From sequence record OM456492.1: 64,000 nt of DNA; one strand, written 5' to 3'. Below are positions 9,541-19,775 of this stretch, piece after piece (position 1 is the stretch's first letter; every line of letters starts with the position of its first letter). The translations under genes and the position numbers were made by a program. Below the pieces are notes generated by a model. It made no database searches and was not told the DNA's origin. It saw only the letters and a list, made by a program, of their open reading frames with translations.

Positions 9541-11777
9541 TATTTATCCTCCCGAATTGGACGCACTAATTCAAAACCTTCACAGCGATGGATGTTACGT
9601 ATCATCCTGTCAATCTGCGAATCCCCCATTGGCAGTTTCTTACGATCGACCAGCACCCCCGGATTGGTTGGTGTTGGCGAGTTATACAACCCCGTTACGA
9701 TCGCACGGTGCACCGCAGGGTTATTAGCGCGGTCATGAGTTTCGGGGAAGTTGCCCGGACCAAAGCCGTCAGTAAGACGCTGCTCGGAAGGACCACCCCA
9801 CTTCAACCCTTTCAGGTTAATCGGATATGAACCACGTCCTTGGTTGGACGCATCAATACAACCCAAATAGTTCGTGTACATCGACGAGATACTGGAGAAC
9901 TCACGACCGGTTTTATCCAGGCGCAGAGTCTCTACCATGCCGACGTAGAATTGGTTCTTCGTCCACTCTTTCTCACCCTGATAGTTAGTAATCAGTAGCT
10001 TAGACTTGCGTGGTGCATACTCGCCTAGAGCACGGCAGATTTCTACCTGGGTGGCATTCAATTCGTGGGGAAGCCAGATACGAATCGTGAAGTCGTAAAT
10101 CTCTTTAAAGAGTTCCAGACGTGACTCAGTATCCGGGTGGCTGGCATTGAGATAGAATGTCCAGCGTGGGTTATAGCGATCGATATAGTCCATCAGGATT
10201 TCCCAGGCTTCATTAACCTGGTTGGCGGCAAGTAATGGTTTCAACCGCATCTTCAACTGCTCGGATGCAGCAGACCAATACATGTGGAACAGCGCAGCAT
10301 AAGTCGAACGACGAATTACGGCGTTCATGGAACGAATGACATGCACACGTTCTCCGAACTCGTTAATCGGCATTTCTTCATCAGGCCGCACTGCACCCAC
10401 GATACCTTTTGTACCTGAACGGTCGGTGATTTTCGATGACACAGTAACCGGGATTGGATAACGTACCACGATGCGTATCGTGTAACTACCAATTGGGTCC
10501 CAAAGACCACGCTGAACCGGCTGCGCCAGTTTGTTCAACACGTTCTTATCAGCAGAACGGTTATACTCACCTTTACGCATGGCTTCATCGTATTCACGAC
10601 CAATCTCTTCACGGAAGTCGTTATAGACTTCATACGTCTCAGAACAGAACGCCTTGTCAAGAATCTCAAACGCTTTCGGTGACCAGACGATATTCTTGTC
10701 CTTGGACATCGCAAAATAGAACCGTACGATATCATTGTAAAAACGTTTCAAAGCGTTCGCGTAGTGATCTAACTCGCGTTTGTTCTCTTCGGTACATGCG
10801 ATATTGTTAACACCACGATCGCATTTGGTTTCGTCCCGCCATACCTGAATATCAACGACACGTGAACCGGTACGTTCCATCTTTTCAAAGTCGCCAGCCA
10901 GTCGCGCTTTGTAATGCTCAGGGTCAGCATCAACATACTCACAACGGTCGAAGTGCGGAGAGACATGTTGTGTTTCACCTACGTGCGAGTCAATGGCTGC
11001 CCATAGCTTATCGAAACGGCGCGCGGCAATAACCAACCCATCATCACGAATTGCCTGTCCTTTATTGGGCAGGTACTGTGGTCGACGAACGCCATCAATA
11101 CCCGTTGTCCCATACGTGTCAAGCAGGTACTCGTCGTCACGCAAGGTAAAGTCAATTGCACGTAAACCATAAGCGTGCATCGCTTTCGCTGCAGTTTCGG
11201 AGATGGTGTACGAGTCCTCGATAATGTCCGGGTGCGACATCGTCACGGTGTGCAGGTTGACCCCATCGACAAACTCACCGTCTTTCTGTGCCGGCAGCAC
11301 GGTAAGCATTTCATCTTTTTCCAGGTGCTGCGTCTGCCCGCGCAGCAACGCCTGAAGTTTCCCAGTAGCCTCTTTCTTAGACGAGAAAATGTTATCGTGG
11401 TTGGTGTAATACTTAATATCGATTACATCAATCATCACTTTGCGCTGGTTGGTTAAATCTGCGCGCGTGAAGAAGATAACATGTTGGAGCGGTTCGTGAT
11501 CCCCTTCACGACCATAGCGTGCAAAAACAGCTGCACGAGTAACACCTTCTTTGGTTGTGTAACTGCACACGGTACCACTGTCTTCCACGATATCGTTAAA
11601 ACAATAATCGTGGTAGTTCACATCAGCGCCGGTAAAATGGATAGTCGGATCTGGATTGTCCAGTGGTACCGCCGACTTCATATGTCCACCCACCATTGAG
11701 GCACGTGCCCCAGATACGCCAGTGATATTCACCTCACGGTCAGCAACGCTTGACATGAGTTCGACTGGTGTTTTCAT
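9540..11777 (-). CDS. Non-virion RNA polymerase beta-like subunit, C-terminal part (phiKZ gp71-73-like), uninterrupted here
   Basis: Beta motifs RASMVGGHMKSAVPL, HPDIIEDS, SSKITDRSGTKGIV, SMNAVIRRS. Confidence 0.9.
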   Translation of the reverse strand: MKTPVELMSSVADREVNITGVSGARASMVGGHMKSAVPLDNPDPTIHFTGADVNYHDYCFNDIVEDSGTVCSYTTKEGVTRAAVFARYGREGDHEPLQHVIFFTRADLTNQRKVMIDVIDIKYYTNHDNIFSSKKEATGKLQALLRGQTQHLEKDEMLTVLPAQKDGEFVDGVNLHTVTMSHPDIIEDSYTISETAAKAMHAYGLRAIDFTLRDDEYLLDTYGTTGIDGVRRPQYLPNKGQAIRDDGLVIAARRFDKLWAAIDSHVGETQHVSPHFDRCEYVDADPEHYKARLAGDFEKMERTGSRVVDIQVWRDETKCDRGVNNIACTEENKRELDHYANALKRFYNDIVRFYFAMSKDKNIVWSPKAFEILDKAFCSETYEVYNDFREEIGREYDEAMRKGEYNRSADKNVLNKLAQPVQRGLWDPIGSYTIRIVVRYPIPVTVSSKITDRSGTKGIVGAVRPDEEMPINEFGERVHVIRSMNAVIRRSTYAALFHMYWSAASEQLKMRLKPLLAANQVNEAWEILMDYIDRYNPRWTFYLNASHPDTESRLELFKEIYDFTIRIWLPHELNATQVEICRALGEYAPRKSKLLITNYQGEKEWTKNQFYVGMVETLRLDKTGREFSSISSMYTNYLGCIDASNQGRGSYPINLKGLKWGGPSEQRLTDGFGPGNFPETHDRANNPAVHRAIVTGLYNSPTPTNPGVLVDRKKLPMGDSQIDRMIRNIHRCEGFELVRPIREDK

Positions 11778-11807
11778 TCGTAAATGCTCCTTTTGGTTAC
11801 CTCGGTA

Positions 11808-11822
11808 AGATAATATCTATCT
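11808..11822 (-). promoter_or_regulatory. Phage promoter motif AGATAGATATTATCT
   Basis: Recurs ~30-70 nt upstream of minus-strand gene starts; resembles the phiKZ early TATATTAC element. Confidence 0.65.
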
Positions 11823-11843
11823 GTTTTATTTTAAGGAGAGACG

Positions 11844-12167
11844 ATGCTAGATAAATTTGCTACCTTATCCGAAATAATACCTTCGCCTGATTCGACCAAG
11901 TATAAGGTGTTGCATGACTATACAGACTTCCTTCGCAAACACCCAGATACTACAGAAGAAGTTGTTGACCCAAAATATGCCTACCCAGAGGTACACAGTT
12001 TCTACGCGTACTGTCGTCTCAAACAGTACGATAATAGTATTATTTATCCGATGATGTTAATGAACGGAATTTCTACTCCGTTCGATTTCACGCCAGAGAT
12101 AAGAACCTTATTGGTTCCTAGTGTCGGTGTGGTAAGTAACATCTTATCGACTATCGTAGAATCTTGA
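11844..12167 (+). CDS. Small protein, possible LysM/T4 gp53-like baseplate component
   Basis: AAGGAG SD; IIYPMMLMNGISTPFDF..IRTLLVP pattern; lone plus-strand gene ending in a terminator. Confidence 0.55.
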   Translation: MLDKFATLSEIIPSPDSTKYKVLHDYTDFLRKHPDTTEEVVDPKYAYPEVHSFYAYCRLKQYDNSIIYPMMLMNGISTPFDFTPEIRTLLVPSVGVVSNILSTIVES

Positions 12168-12198
12168 AAAAAAGAAGGGACGCCCAGTCCCTTCTTTC
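12167..12198. terminator. Bidirectional terminator
   Basis: AAAGAAGGGAC/GTCCCTTCTTT stem between convergent genes. Confidence 0.8.
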
Positions 12199-12204
12199 TA
12201 ACGC

Positions 12205-13572
12205 TTAACGTAAATTAGCTGATGAGAATGGTAGGTTGCCTAAACTGCTGCTACTTCCGCCACCTAAACCACCCAGACCACCTAACACGTCACTACTCCC
12301 TCCTAAGAGGTTGGTGCTACCGCCGCCCAACTGCGTGCTACCCCCCAAGAGATTATTACTACTTCCCAGCAAACCAGAACCCAGACCACTTTCTTTCGTC
12401 ACCGCATTACCACGCAGCGCTTCACCGAGAGACAGTTCTTTAATTGTCCCTTTCGGTAAATGGCCGTTGTTCTCACGCAGCGCTTCCTGAATCTTCGGTG
12501 CTAACGCATTGAAGCTATTAGCTGAAGACGCCTGTTGCGCTTTCTTCGCACGGAAATAGTTTACCGGATCGTTGAGATCAAGATTTTCCTGCGGAGCTTG
12601 TTGAGAAGCTAAAGCAACGACCGGCTTTGTGCCGGCAGGTGTACGCCCGATACGGAAATCCGTTGCGGTGGTATCTGTTGCCTGATCGGTACGTGGGCCG
12701 GTATTATACGGCAGTGTTTGGATAACGTTATCATAAACGCTCATGTTATCCAGTTGGCCAATCCATTCTTCTTCTAACGGACGCAGTGGAGTGTGGTCAC
12801 GCAGACCACGAACCACTTGATTGTAGTTGGTCACGTATTGTGCCCAACCGCGTGCCAAAGAACCGAAGTACGGACGCGGATCGTTAGAACCCGTAACCGA
12901 AGGATACCAACCAAACACTGCAGTTAGCAGGTTAAAGATAATGACCTTATCCTGCTTACGCTGGAGCTTGGCACCGAAGAATGTTGCTGTACCATCCAGT
13001 GACTCTTCTTCAAACATGTGTTTGTAGTTCGCCACACGGATATATTTGACACCTTCAATGGTCATATCGCTGGAGATGAAGATACTGGTGATCTTTGTCT
13101 TTTTATCTTCTTCCAGCAAACCGTAAACGTAGTTCTTCACTGCTTGCCAGCTCTGAACCAGTTTCTTATCCATCGTTGGATCTTTCAGGTCAGCACAAAC
13201 CACATCGCTTAAAAACTTCTTGTACGCTGCCAGACGGATATTTTTTCCTTCGGCTGCTGTTTCCAAAATCGCATCGATTAGCTCGAAGCTTTTCAGGAAG
13301 AGGTTCGCGTTGATGGCTTTCTTCAGGAAGCGAATCGTTCCAGATTCGCCAGCCAGTACCGATTCACACAGCGGGTGGAACGCATGACATTCACTACCTT
13401 CATCATCTTCCAACCCACGCTTAATCATCGCTGCAGTTGGAAGCACCAAGCGGCGCTTCACTTTGTTGTAGGTGAACATTGCCGGATGACCATCATCGAT
13501 AGTCAGCATGTCACCTTCGAATCCGTATCCGAGCGAGGTCAGAAACGAACGGTAGAATTCAATCAATTTCAT
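12205..13572 (-). CDS. Conserved nucleus-block protein (phiKZ gp70-like) with Gly/Leu/Ser-rich tail
   Basis: 455-aa ORF, AAGGA SD; position between the PicA-like gene and nvRNAP beta. Confidence 0.65.
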   Translation of the reverse strand: MKLIEFYRSFLTSLGYGFEGDMLTIDDGHPAMFTYNKVKRRLVLPTAAMIKRGLEDDEGSECHAFHPLCESVLAGESGTIRFLKKAINANLFLKSFELIDAILETAAEGKNIRLAAYKKFLSDVVCADLKDPTMDKKLVQSWQAVKNYVYGLLEEDKKTKITSIFISSDMTIEGVKYIRVANYKHMFEEESLDGTATFFGAKLQRKQDKVIIFNLLTAVFGWYPSVTGSNDPRPYFGSLARGWAQYVTNYNQVVRGLRDHTPLRPLEEEWIGQLDNMSVYDNVIQTLPYNTGPRTDQATDTTATDFRIGRTPAGTKPVVALASQQAPQENLDLNDPVNYFRAKKAQQASSANSFNALAPKIQEALRENNGHLPKGTIKELSLGEALRGNAVTKESGLGSGLLGSSNNLLGGSTQLGGGSTNLLGGSSDVLGGLGGLGGGSSSSLGNLPFSSANLR

Positions 13573-13584
13573 GGTTAATAATCC

Positions 13585-15285
13585 TTAATCAATGAGACCG
13601 TTGCCGAGTCCGTTTCCGCCTATACCGCCTAAGCCACCACCCAGGTCAAGACCTCCAAGAGGATCTAAGCCACCTGTGTTAGTTGGAATGTTAGATAGCA
13701 TTCGACCCCGGCCTTGGCCTTTCTCGAATTCTGTATAACCTTCTTCCACGGCTTTCAGCAGCGTTGCGGTGTTCTGTGCCAGCTCACCAACGTATTTGAG
13801 ATCGGTGGTGTTGCCGGTATGGAGACGGAATTGCATAAACGACGCGTAGGTGTAATATTCCAGCGGTTCGTCGTCGACACGGATTTCAATACGAGTAACG
13901 GTCCCCAACAATGCGGTGACCAGCATGTGGCAGCGAATATGGTTATGTTTAGTAACCTGAACCATCGCTTCTTTCATGTTCTGCAAGAAACGACGACCTA
14001 ATGCAGCAGGTAACTGATGGTGCGTGATGCTGCTGACTGAGTTAGGAATAACTTCCAGCGTAGGCTCTATCATGATATCCGTGTTACGGTTATCGAAGAC
14101 AAAGCTCACTTCACCGATCAGGTTACGTGACATAATCGGCCCGATAGACATAGCCAGATCATACGCAACTAGACTACCCTGAGTGGAGAAGCCATTACGA
14201 CCAATCCAGTGGTCGGTTTGGTTAACCAGCCCTGCACCCAACCCACGGCGACTTGCCAGCGCCAGCGATTCACGGATACATTCATCCAACCGCATTGGGT
14301 TGACAATCGCATTACGCAAATCAGCCAAACGGAACGTCGCCTTACTGGTTGCTTTCCAGCCGCCAGATACATCAGACATCCCGTTTTGCAGTGCTTGACG
14401 CATCGCAGCAATCAGTTCGTGGTTGCTGTAGTTACGAATAACACCGCGTTGCTTCAATTCGGATTCAACACCGATGGAGTTGTTACCCGCAAAGAAGCTT
14501 TCCACGCTACCGAGTTCGGTATCTACCCCAGAGCTTGCCAGATACGCATTACTGATGGCAGATACGTAGTTTTCTGGACGCTGGAGTTGGGATACCATCA
14601 ACTGTGGTGCAGAGCTACTGGTTGCGGACAGCACAGAGTCGCTCGTTGGAACGAACTTCTCACCGCTGTTCATTTCAATACGTTTTACCATGTCCGCCGC
14701 TTTCGCGATCGAAATGATATCTACCGTACTTTCTGTTTGACCTTCAACAGACAGCGCTTTCGATAAAACGTAGTTATCCAGTAGACGGAATGAGTCTGGG
14801 TTCAATGTTTTGCCACCCAGGGCATCGTGTGTATACGTTGCCTGTAAGCCGTAGATGTCGTTAATGTACAACACCATATCGTCCGGCAGCAGGCTACCCA
14901 GGCTGGTTTCTGCCTGACTGGTATAACCGGAGACGATGTATTGCGTTTCCTGAGTGCGTGTTGCATTCAGAGGTTTAGCAATAAACACCGCCACGAAGTT
15001 AAAGATACCGGTATCACGTGATTCCCATTGGAACTGTACAGGACGATTGTCATCATCGGACACGTTGATGAATGGACGCTCAAAACCGTTCTGGGTGCCA
15101 TCGAAGCCCACGATGGCAGATAACGCTTCTTGATACTGCTGTGTTCCCACAGCTTTTTCCCCGCCCAGTTCAACCGCTGCTGCTAAGTCATCCAGAGCAC
15201 CTGTCGATGCGTTAAAGCCGATACGGCGGCGAACTTGCTCTGGAACATCGTAGACCGGATACATCAGTAGATTTACAAGCTGCAT
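13585..15285 (-). CDS. Probable phage-nucleus import factor PicA/Imp1 (phiKZ gp69-like), by synteny
   Basis: 566-aa ORF, AAGGAG SD; directly downstream of the gp68-like gene. Assignment is positional. Confidence 0.55.
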   Translation of the reverse strand: MQLVNLLMYPVYDVPEQVRRRIGFNASTGALDDLAAAVELGGEKAVGTQQYQEALSAIVGFDGTQNGFERPFINVSDDDNRPVQFQWESRDTGIFNFVAVFIAKPLNATRTQETQYIVSGYTSQAETSLGSLLPDDMVLYINDIYGLQATYTHDALGGKTLNPDSFRLLDNYVLSKALSVEGQTESTVDIISIAKAADMVKRIEMNSGEKFVPTSDSVLSATSSSAPQLMVSQLQRPENYVSAISNAYLASSGVDTELGSVESFFAGNNSIGVESELKQRGVIRNYSNHELIAAMRQALQNGMSDVSGGWKATSKATFRLADLRNAIVNPMRLDECIRESLALASRRGLGAGLVNQTDHWIGRNGFSTQGSLVAYDLAMSIGPIMSRNLIGEVSFVFDNRNTDIMIEPTLEVIPNSVSSITHHQLPAALGRRFLQNMKEAMVQVTKHNHIRCHMLVTALLGTVTRIEIRVDDEPLEYYTYASFMQFRLHTGNTTDLKYVGELAQNTATLLKAVEEGYTEFEKGQGRGRMLSNIPTNTGGLDPLGGLDLGGGLGGIGGNGLGNGLID

Positions 15286-15297
15286 TTTAAATACTCC

Positions 15298-16932
15298 TTA
15301 AGAATTAAACCATTCAACTTCTTCTAACTTGCGACGTGCATTCAACACCATAAACTCCGCCAGGCTATTGTGCAGTGACAAGTGTGGTATATAGTTTGGC
15401 TGATCCGTCTCACACTTCAGCAGCGCAGCTGCTTCTGGTGTAGCCCTGAGATGGAACAGATACGGGTTGATGTGATCCTTGTGTAACAAGGTCAGTGATT
15501 CCCGTGGTGTAGATTGCGGTTCGAGATTGCGCGGGTTGCGATACTCCTGAAGATAATATCTATCTAAATCTGCTTTGAGTTCAGATCGAATTGGGTCAGC
15601 TGCGTAACCGGCAGACATCTCAGAACGCACCATATTGCAACTTAACAGTTGCGCAACGTCATACATTCCGTAATTGAGATAAGTTGCCTGTGCTAACGCC
15701 ATGCCGTAGCGAAACGCTTCTGGTCCACATTCAGTATACGTCTTATAATGCGCGCTACGATGGAGTGCTAATGCGACTAACCATTCGTGCAACGTATAGA
15801 CAGGACCGTCATGTGTTGCCAGTTGCGAATCAATCAATAACTTAACATCTGCTGGAGCGGCATTATCCAGGCGCATTGTTTTCAAGAAAGAGCGGTATTC
15901 TTTAAATACGTACTCGGTACGGACGTATTCTTTCATCTGGGCAGGAGAACGTGCCTGCACCAAATCCATGGCGTTTATCTTACCCTTTTCGCCATTGAAT
16001 ACCACACTTTCTGGATGCGCTTTTAACAGCACCGGCTGGTTAGAGATTTTGTTTGCAAAACCTGTTTCAATCTCTTGTTTAACCAGAAAATACATGCCGG
16101 TGACGATATTGTTGTTAACCATGATTTCAACCGGTAATTCACCACCGACTTCACGGACAGCCAACAATTTAATAATAGCGTACGCCAGGATATAATCTTC
16201 CATCATATCCGTGCCATAGCCCCGCACCGTAGCCAGTACCGACAAACTGGTGCTGTTCGTACCTTTGTTTGCCAGTTCTTTTTCTACCTTTTCCATCACT
16301 GTCTGTAGGAACCCACGCAGTTTCGGAATAGCAGGTAAAGACATGACTTCTGTGTCTTGAAGCATCTCCAGACAGTATGTCAGATTGTACACCATTTTCC
16401 GATGTGTTTCGATTGGCAAGTTCTTACCTATCGGGAACGTCCCCATGGTGAGGAACACCGGAATATACGGTTTAATCATCAGGACCAGTATCAACAACTC
16501 GTAATAGTCCGGACGAATGTACGTCATCGCTTCCGGATAATTACTGTTCATTTCATCGTGCGTATCTTCCATGTTCTGCGGAATCCACAGCTTATCGATG
16601 GGATACAGCTTACGATACACTTCGGCCTTGTGGAACTTCGCAATCGTCTGCACAATCTTCGGCATGTGCTTACGCTGCGTTTCCGTCGATTCGTTTGCCA
16701 GCTCGTCCAGCATCAGATACGCCATGAACAGTTCATCTTGTTCGTCTGGCGTTAAATAATCCCACACGCGTTGTAATTCCATGAAGAGAATGTTGTCGCG
16801 TGCAATCTGTTTACCTTTAACAGTGATGTAGTCGGGTGCGTTGTTATCCTTCCGATAACGTAAGCCAATAAATGAGACCTCTTGACCATGATGCTCGATT
16901 GTCATCCGGTCTTTAATCTTCGTAATTTTCAT
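15298..16932 (-). CDS. Probable nvRNAP promoter-specificity (sigma-like) subunit, phiKZ gp68-like, by synteny
   Basis: 544-aa helical ORF, size and position matching gp68; own upstream promoter motif. Confidence 0.6.
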   Translation of the reverse strand: MKITKIKDRMTIEHHGQEVSFIGLRYRKDNNAPDYITVKGKQIARDNILFMELQRVWDYLTPDEQDELFMAYLMLDELANESTETQRKHMPKIVQTIAKFHKAEVYRKLYPIDKLWIPQNMEDTHDEMNSNYPEAMTYIRPDYYELLILVLMIKPYIPVFLTMGTFPIGKNLPIETHRKMVYNLTYCLEMLQDTEVMSLPAIPKLRGFLQTVMEKVEKELANKGTNSTSLSVLATVRGYGTDMMEDYILAYAIIKLLAVREVGGELPVEIMVNNNIVTGMYFLVKQEIETGFANKISNQPVLLKAHPESVVFNGEKGKINAMDLVQARSPAQMKEYVRTEYVFKEYRSFLKTMRLDNAAPADVKLLIDSQLATHDGPVYTLHEWLVALALHRSAHYKTYTECGPEAFRYGMALAQATYLNYGMYDVAQLLSCNMVRSEMSAGYAADPIRSELKADLDRYYLQEYRNPRNLEPQSTPRESLTLLHKDHINPYLFHLRATPEAAALLKCETDQPNYIPHLSLHNSLAEFMVLNARRKLEEVEWFNS

Positions 16933-16966
16933 TATAGTTGAACTCCGCGAATAGTCGATTGCACTG

Positions 16967-16981
16967 AGATAATATCTATCT
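16967..16981 (-). promoter_or_regulatory. Phage promoter motif AGATAGATATTATCT
   Basis: Identical 15-mer to 11808-11822, 35 nt upstream of ATG 16932. Confidence 0.65.
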
Positions 16982-17068
16982 CAATCTTCTTACAGTGTGT
17001 GTTGCAGGACCACGCATAAGCGTTAATAGCCCAAGGTCTCCCTTGGGCGTATTTTTTTATTTTGTTTC

Positions 17069-17725
17069 TTAGAGGAATTCGTCGTAAGAATCAGTGGTTG
17101 CTGGAGGTGCAGATTGTTGCTGTTGATAACCGCCGCCGCTACGCTGACCACCACCCTGGCCACCGCCGTATCCACCGCGACCGAAGCTACCACCACCTTG
17201 CTGGAATTCACGCGGCTTATATTTCTCTTCCAGGTTCTGTAAGAACTTCTCGAAGTTAGTGATAAACGCACGTGCACAGCGCTCAGCAAGTTCTAAATCA
17301 GAAACCTGCTGGCCGTCGCGGAAAATACGGAAACCTTTCGGGTAGGAGAAGTAGAACTTCTTCTGGCGGGCACCAACGCCCTGGATTTCACCGGCAATAG
17401 CGATGAACGGTACCAGGTTGTCTTCACGGCCAACAATCAGACTAACGGGCGGTTTGTTGCCGTTTTCGTTAGTAAACTTCAGCATACTCTTTTCGCTCTT
17501 ACGCAGACAATCCTGCAGAGCTTCGATAATGGTACGGCAAACCGTAATCGGTGCAGAGAAATAGAGACCTTCGCCCTTACCAAAAGAGTAGCTAAACTTC
17601 ATAGTTTCAACATCACCGTTGAAATCATTCGGTTCAATGTTGAGTTTACGCGTACGGTTTTGCTGATCCGGTTCGGTCTGCGGGTAAAGCCATTTGTCTT
17701 TGAAAATTTCTTGGTTAATCATCAT
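17069..17725 (-). CDS. Probable ChmC-like nucleic-acid-binding protein (SSB/Whirly-type) with Gly-rich tail and acidic tip
   Basis: Tail GGGSFGRGGYGGGQGGGQRSGGGYQQQQ...DSYDEFL; position just before the gp68-like gene; AAGGA SD before ATG 17725. Confidence 0.6.
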   Translation of the reverse strand: MMINQEIFKDKWLYPQTEPDQQNRTRKLNIEPNDFNGDVETMKFSYSFGKGEGLYFSAPITVCRTIIEALQDCLRKSEKSMLKFTNENGNKPPVSLIVGREDNLVPFIAIAGEIQGVGARQKKFYFSYPKGFRIFRDGQQVSDLELAERCARAFITNFEKFLQNLEEKYKPREFQQGGGSFGRGGYGGGQGGGQRSGGGYQQQQSAPPATTDSYDEFL

Positions 17726-17790
17726 TTCATCCTTTTCGGAAAAGCAGTCTAGTGGTTCACACATGATGTCCCACTAACGTAAATTTTAAC

Positions 17791-18627
17791 TTACTTCATA
17801 AGCCTGCGGAGCAGTTCAATTACAAATGGCTCATTCACCAGTTTTAGACAGTTATAAATACGGTCCATTGTGGTATCCTGTTTCCAGCTGTACTTCTCTG
17901 CGGTTTTTAACACCACCCCACGCGTTTTGCGATCGAGGGGTGAAAACATTATCCCGTCGCCAAACAACGTCAGGAACGCTTTGTTAAACGGAATATGTTG
18001 GGGTTTCCCGTTAAGTTTGGTGTACCACTCCAGTTGCGTTTTCACTTTACCGGTGTGCGATTCCAACAAACCCAGTTTAGGGAAATCTTTACGTGCCAGG
18101 AGATCAGCTGGCATGTGGGTCAGTAACAGTGTGTCGCGGCTACCCTCTGGGAAAACATCGAATTGACGGAAGTCATTTTCGTGTTTCTCACCGTACATTT
18201 TTAAGGTGTCGTGTTCCAGTGCATTATAGTGCAGCTGGTTTGGCGTCATCTTATCCTGACCGCCAGCAATGTTTTTGAACGAGGCTTCGGGAAACACTTT
18301 GTTAGCGCTACGATAGCTACAAAGGTACGGAACGCATAACACCGAAGGGGCTACCGCTCTCGCGGTAGCCGTAAGATTATTAATATCTTCTTCAATCGAT
18401 GTTAGCATCACGTCGGGTGTTAACCGTTCTCTATTCTCTTCAAACGCATAGAAGGCGTTACGGAACAATGTCCGGAGGTTCAGGTATATTTCCTGATAGG
18501 AATGGATAGGCAATTCGCCTTTCCAGTCGGCGTATTCGCCGGTATGCAGCAGACCTTCAAACGCCAGCGAACTGGCGATTGACACTGAATAGAACCCGAA
18601 AGTGCGATCAACACTGATTGGATTCAT
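17791..18627 (-). CDS. Conserved protein, possible 5' nuclease (FEN/T4 RNase H-like) fold
   Basis: 278 aa; IYLNLRTLFRNAF and LTLFGDG segments; coupled to the SbcD-like gene. Confidence 0.5.
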   Translation of the reverse strand: MNPISVDRTFGFYSVSIASSLAFEGLLHTGEYADWKGELPIHSYQEIYLNLRTLFRNAFYAFEENRERLTPDVMLTSIEEDINNLTATARAVAPSVLCVPYLCSYRSANKVFPEASFKNIAGGQDKMTPNQLHYNALEHDTLKMYGEKHENDFRQFDVFPEGSRDTLLLTHMPADLLARKDFPKLGLLESHTGKVKTQLEWYTKLNGKPQHIPFNKAFLTLFGDGIMFSPLDRKTRGVVLKTAEKYSWKQDTTMDRIYNCLKLVNEPFVIELLRRLMK

Positions 18628-19775
18628 TCTATTTTCCTAATGATTGCAGTAACAACATCAGGGTCGTACTTCACTGATGTTAGCTCTTCGAGAACTAATC
18701 GTTCAAAGTTCTCAGGAGTAGGTTTTTCGTACACTGGGGCTTCGTTCGAAAAACTCTTCACTAACAACTCCTCTTCTTCAGAGGAGCGCACACGTTCTCC
18801 AGAAATGTGGAACGTGTATTCTTTTTTCCACCGACTAACATATTCGGCCATCGGTGAACCTGCGTAATACTCGACTTCAAATCGTCCAATAGCGGACGAA
18901 GGATGATTGTCGATGTATTCTAATGCAGAAAGACAAGCTGCTAACTGCGCATCAAAGTCTTCCTGTGCCCGAATCTTTTTCTGCGGGCACGCGCGTGGGT
19001 TAACCAGGAAATAGTCCCTGGCAACCGTATCGGTGAAATCGACAAGAGCTACGCCTTTGTCCTCCTCTTCACCTTGAGATAGTCGCTCAGGACTACCTAC
19101 AACTCTTATCTTGTCTAATTCCTTGGGTCGATGGTCGTGCCCGATAAATATCAGGTGCTTGACTCTCGGCAACCAGAACTCCTCGTGGAAAGAACGAGGG
19201 GACTCGACAGGGAGTTGAAACTGGAAGCAGCCGTGCATGAAGATAAAGTCTAACTTCTCCAGGCCTCGTGTCGCCATCAGTTCTGCCATTTCTGCCTCAG
19301 TGGCAGCGGCATTAATTTCATCGACGCCAGCAGCTTTATATTCGTCCTGCACCCAACCTACCATCGCATCGAGAGCCGGATCGTAAAATATCCCGATCCC
19401 TGCCAAATACAAACAGTCTGCGCCTATACTGATGTTCAGCGACTCAACTATTTTGGACTGGCCGTGGTCATGGGACGGTGTTCCCTCAACGATGCGAACT
19501 GCGGTATTAGTGGCCTTAGACCACTGGAGCAACCACGTCAAGAAGCCCACAGCTTCTTGAGAATCTTCCTGGCGAAGATGTCGGGAATCATCAAATAAAT
19601 CCCCTGCTATATAAAAGGCGTCAAGCGTATTTTCGCAGCTAATGAGTACCTCACGTATCACATCCACGATGTGCCAAGTGGGCACACGCTTATGCAATAA
19701 ATGGATATCGTTAGTGTTCAAAAGGCGCTTAACACCTTCTGGTTTCTTAGGAGGTTTAGTAATCTTCTCCATCAC
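18624..19775 (-). CDS. SbcD/Mre11-like metallophosphoesterase nuclease
   Basis: Motifs DIH, AGDLFD, GTPSHD, MHG, GHDH. Confidence 0.85.
   Translation of the reverse strand: MMEKITKPPKKPEGVKRLLNTNDIHLLHKRVPTWHIVDVIREVLISCENTLDAFYIAGDLFDDSRHLRQEDSQEAVGFLTWLLQWSKATNTAVRIVEGTPSHDHGQSKIVESLNISIGADCLYLAGIGIFYDPALDAMVGWVQDEYKAAGVDEINAAATEAEMAELMATRGLEKLDFIFMHGCFQFQLPVESPRSFHEEFWLPRVKHLIFIGHDHRPKELDKIRVVGSPERLSQGEEEDKGVALVDFTDTVARDYFLVNPRACPQKKIRAQEDFDAQLAACLSALEYIDNHPSSAIGRFEVEYYAGSPMAEYVSRWKKEYTFHISGERVRSSEEEELLVKSFSNEAPVYEKPTPENFERLVLEELTSVKYDPDVVTAIIRKIE

Noticed and set aside
9540-11777. Intron in nvRNAP beta, as recalled for phiKZ gp71-73
   Set aside because: The ORF is continuous at 745 aa with all motifs present.
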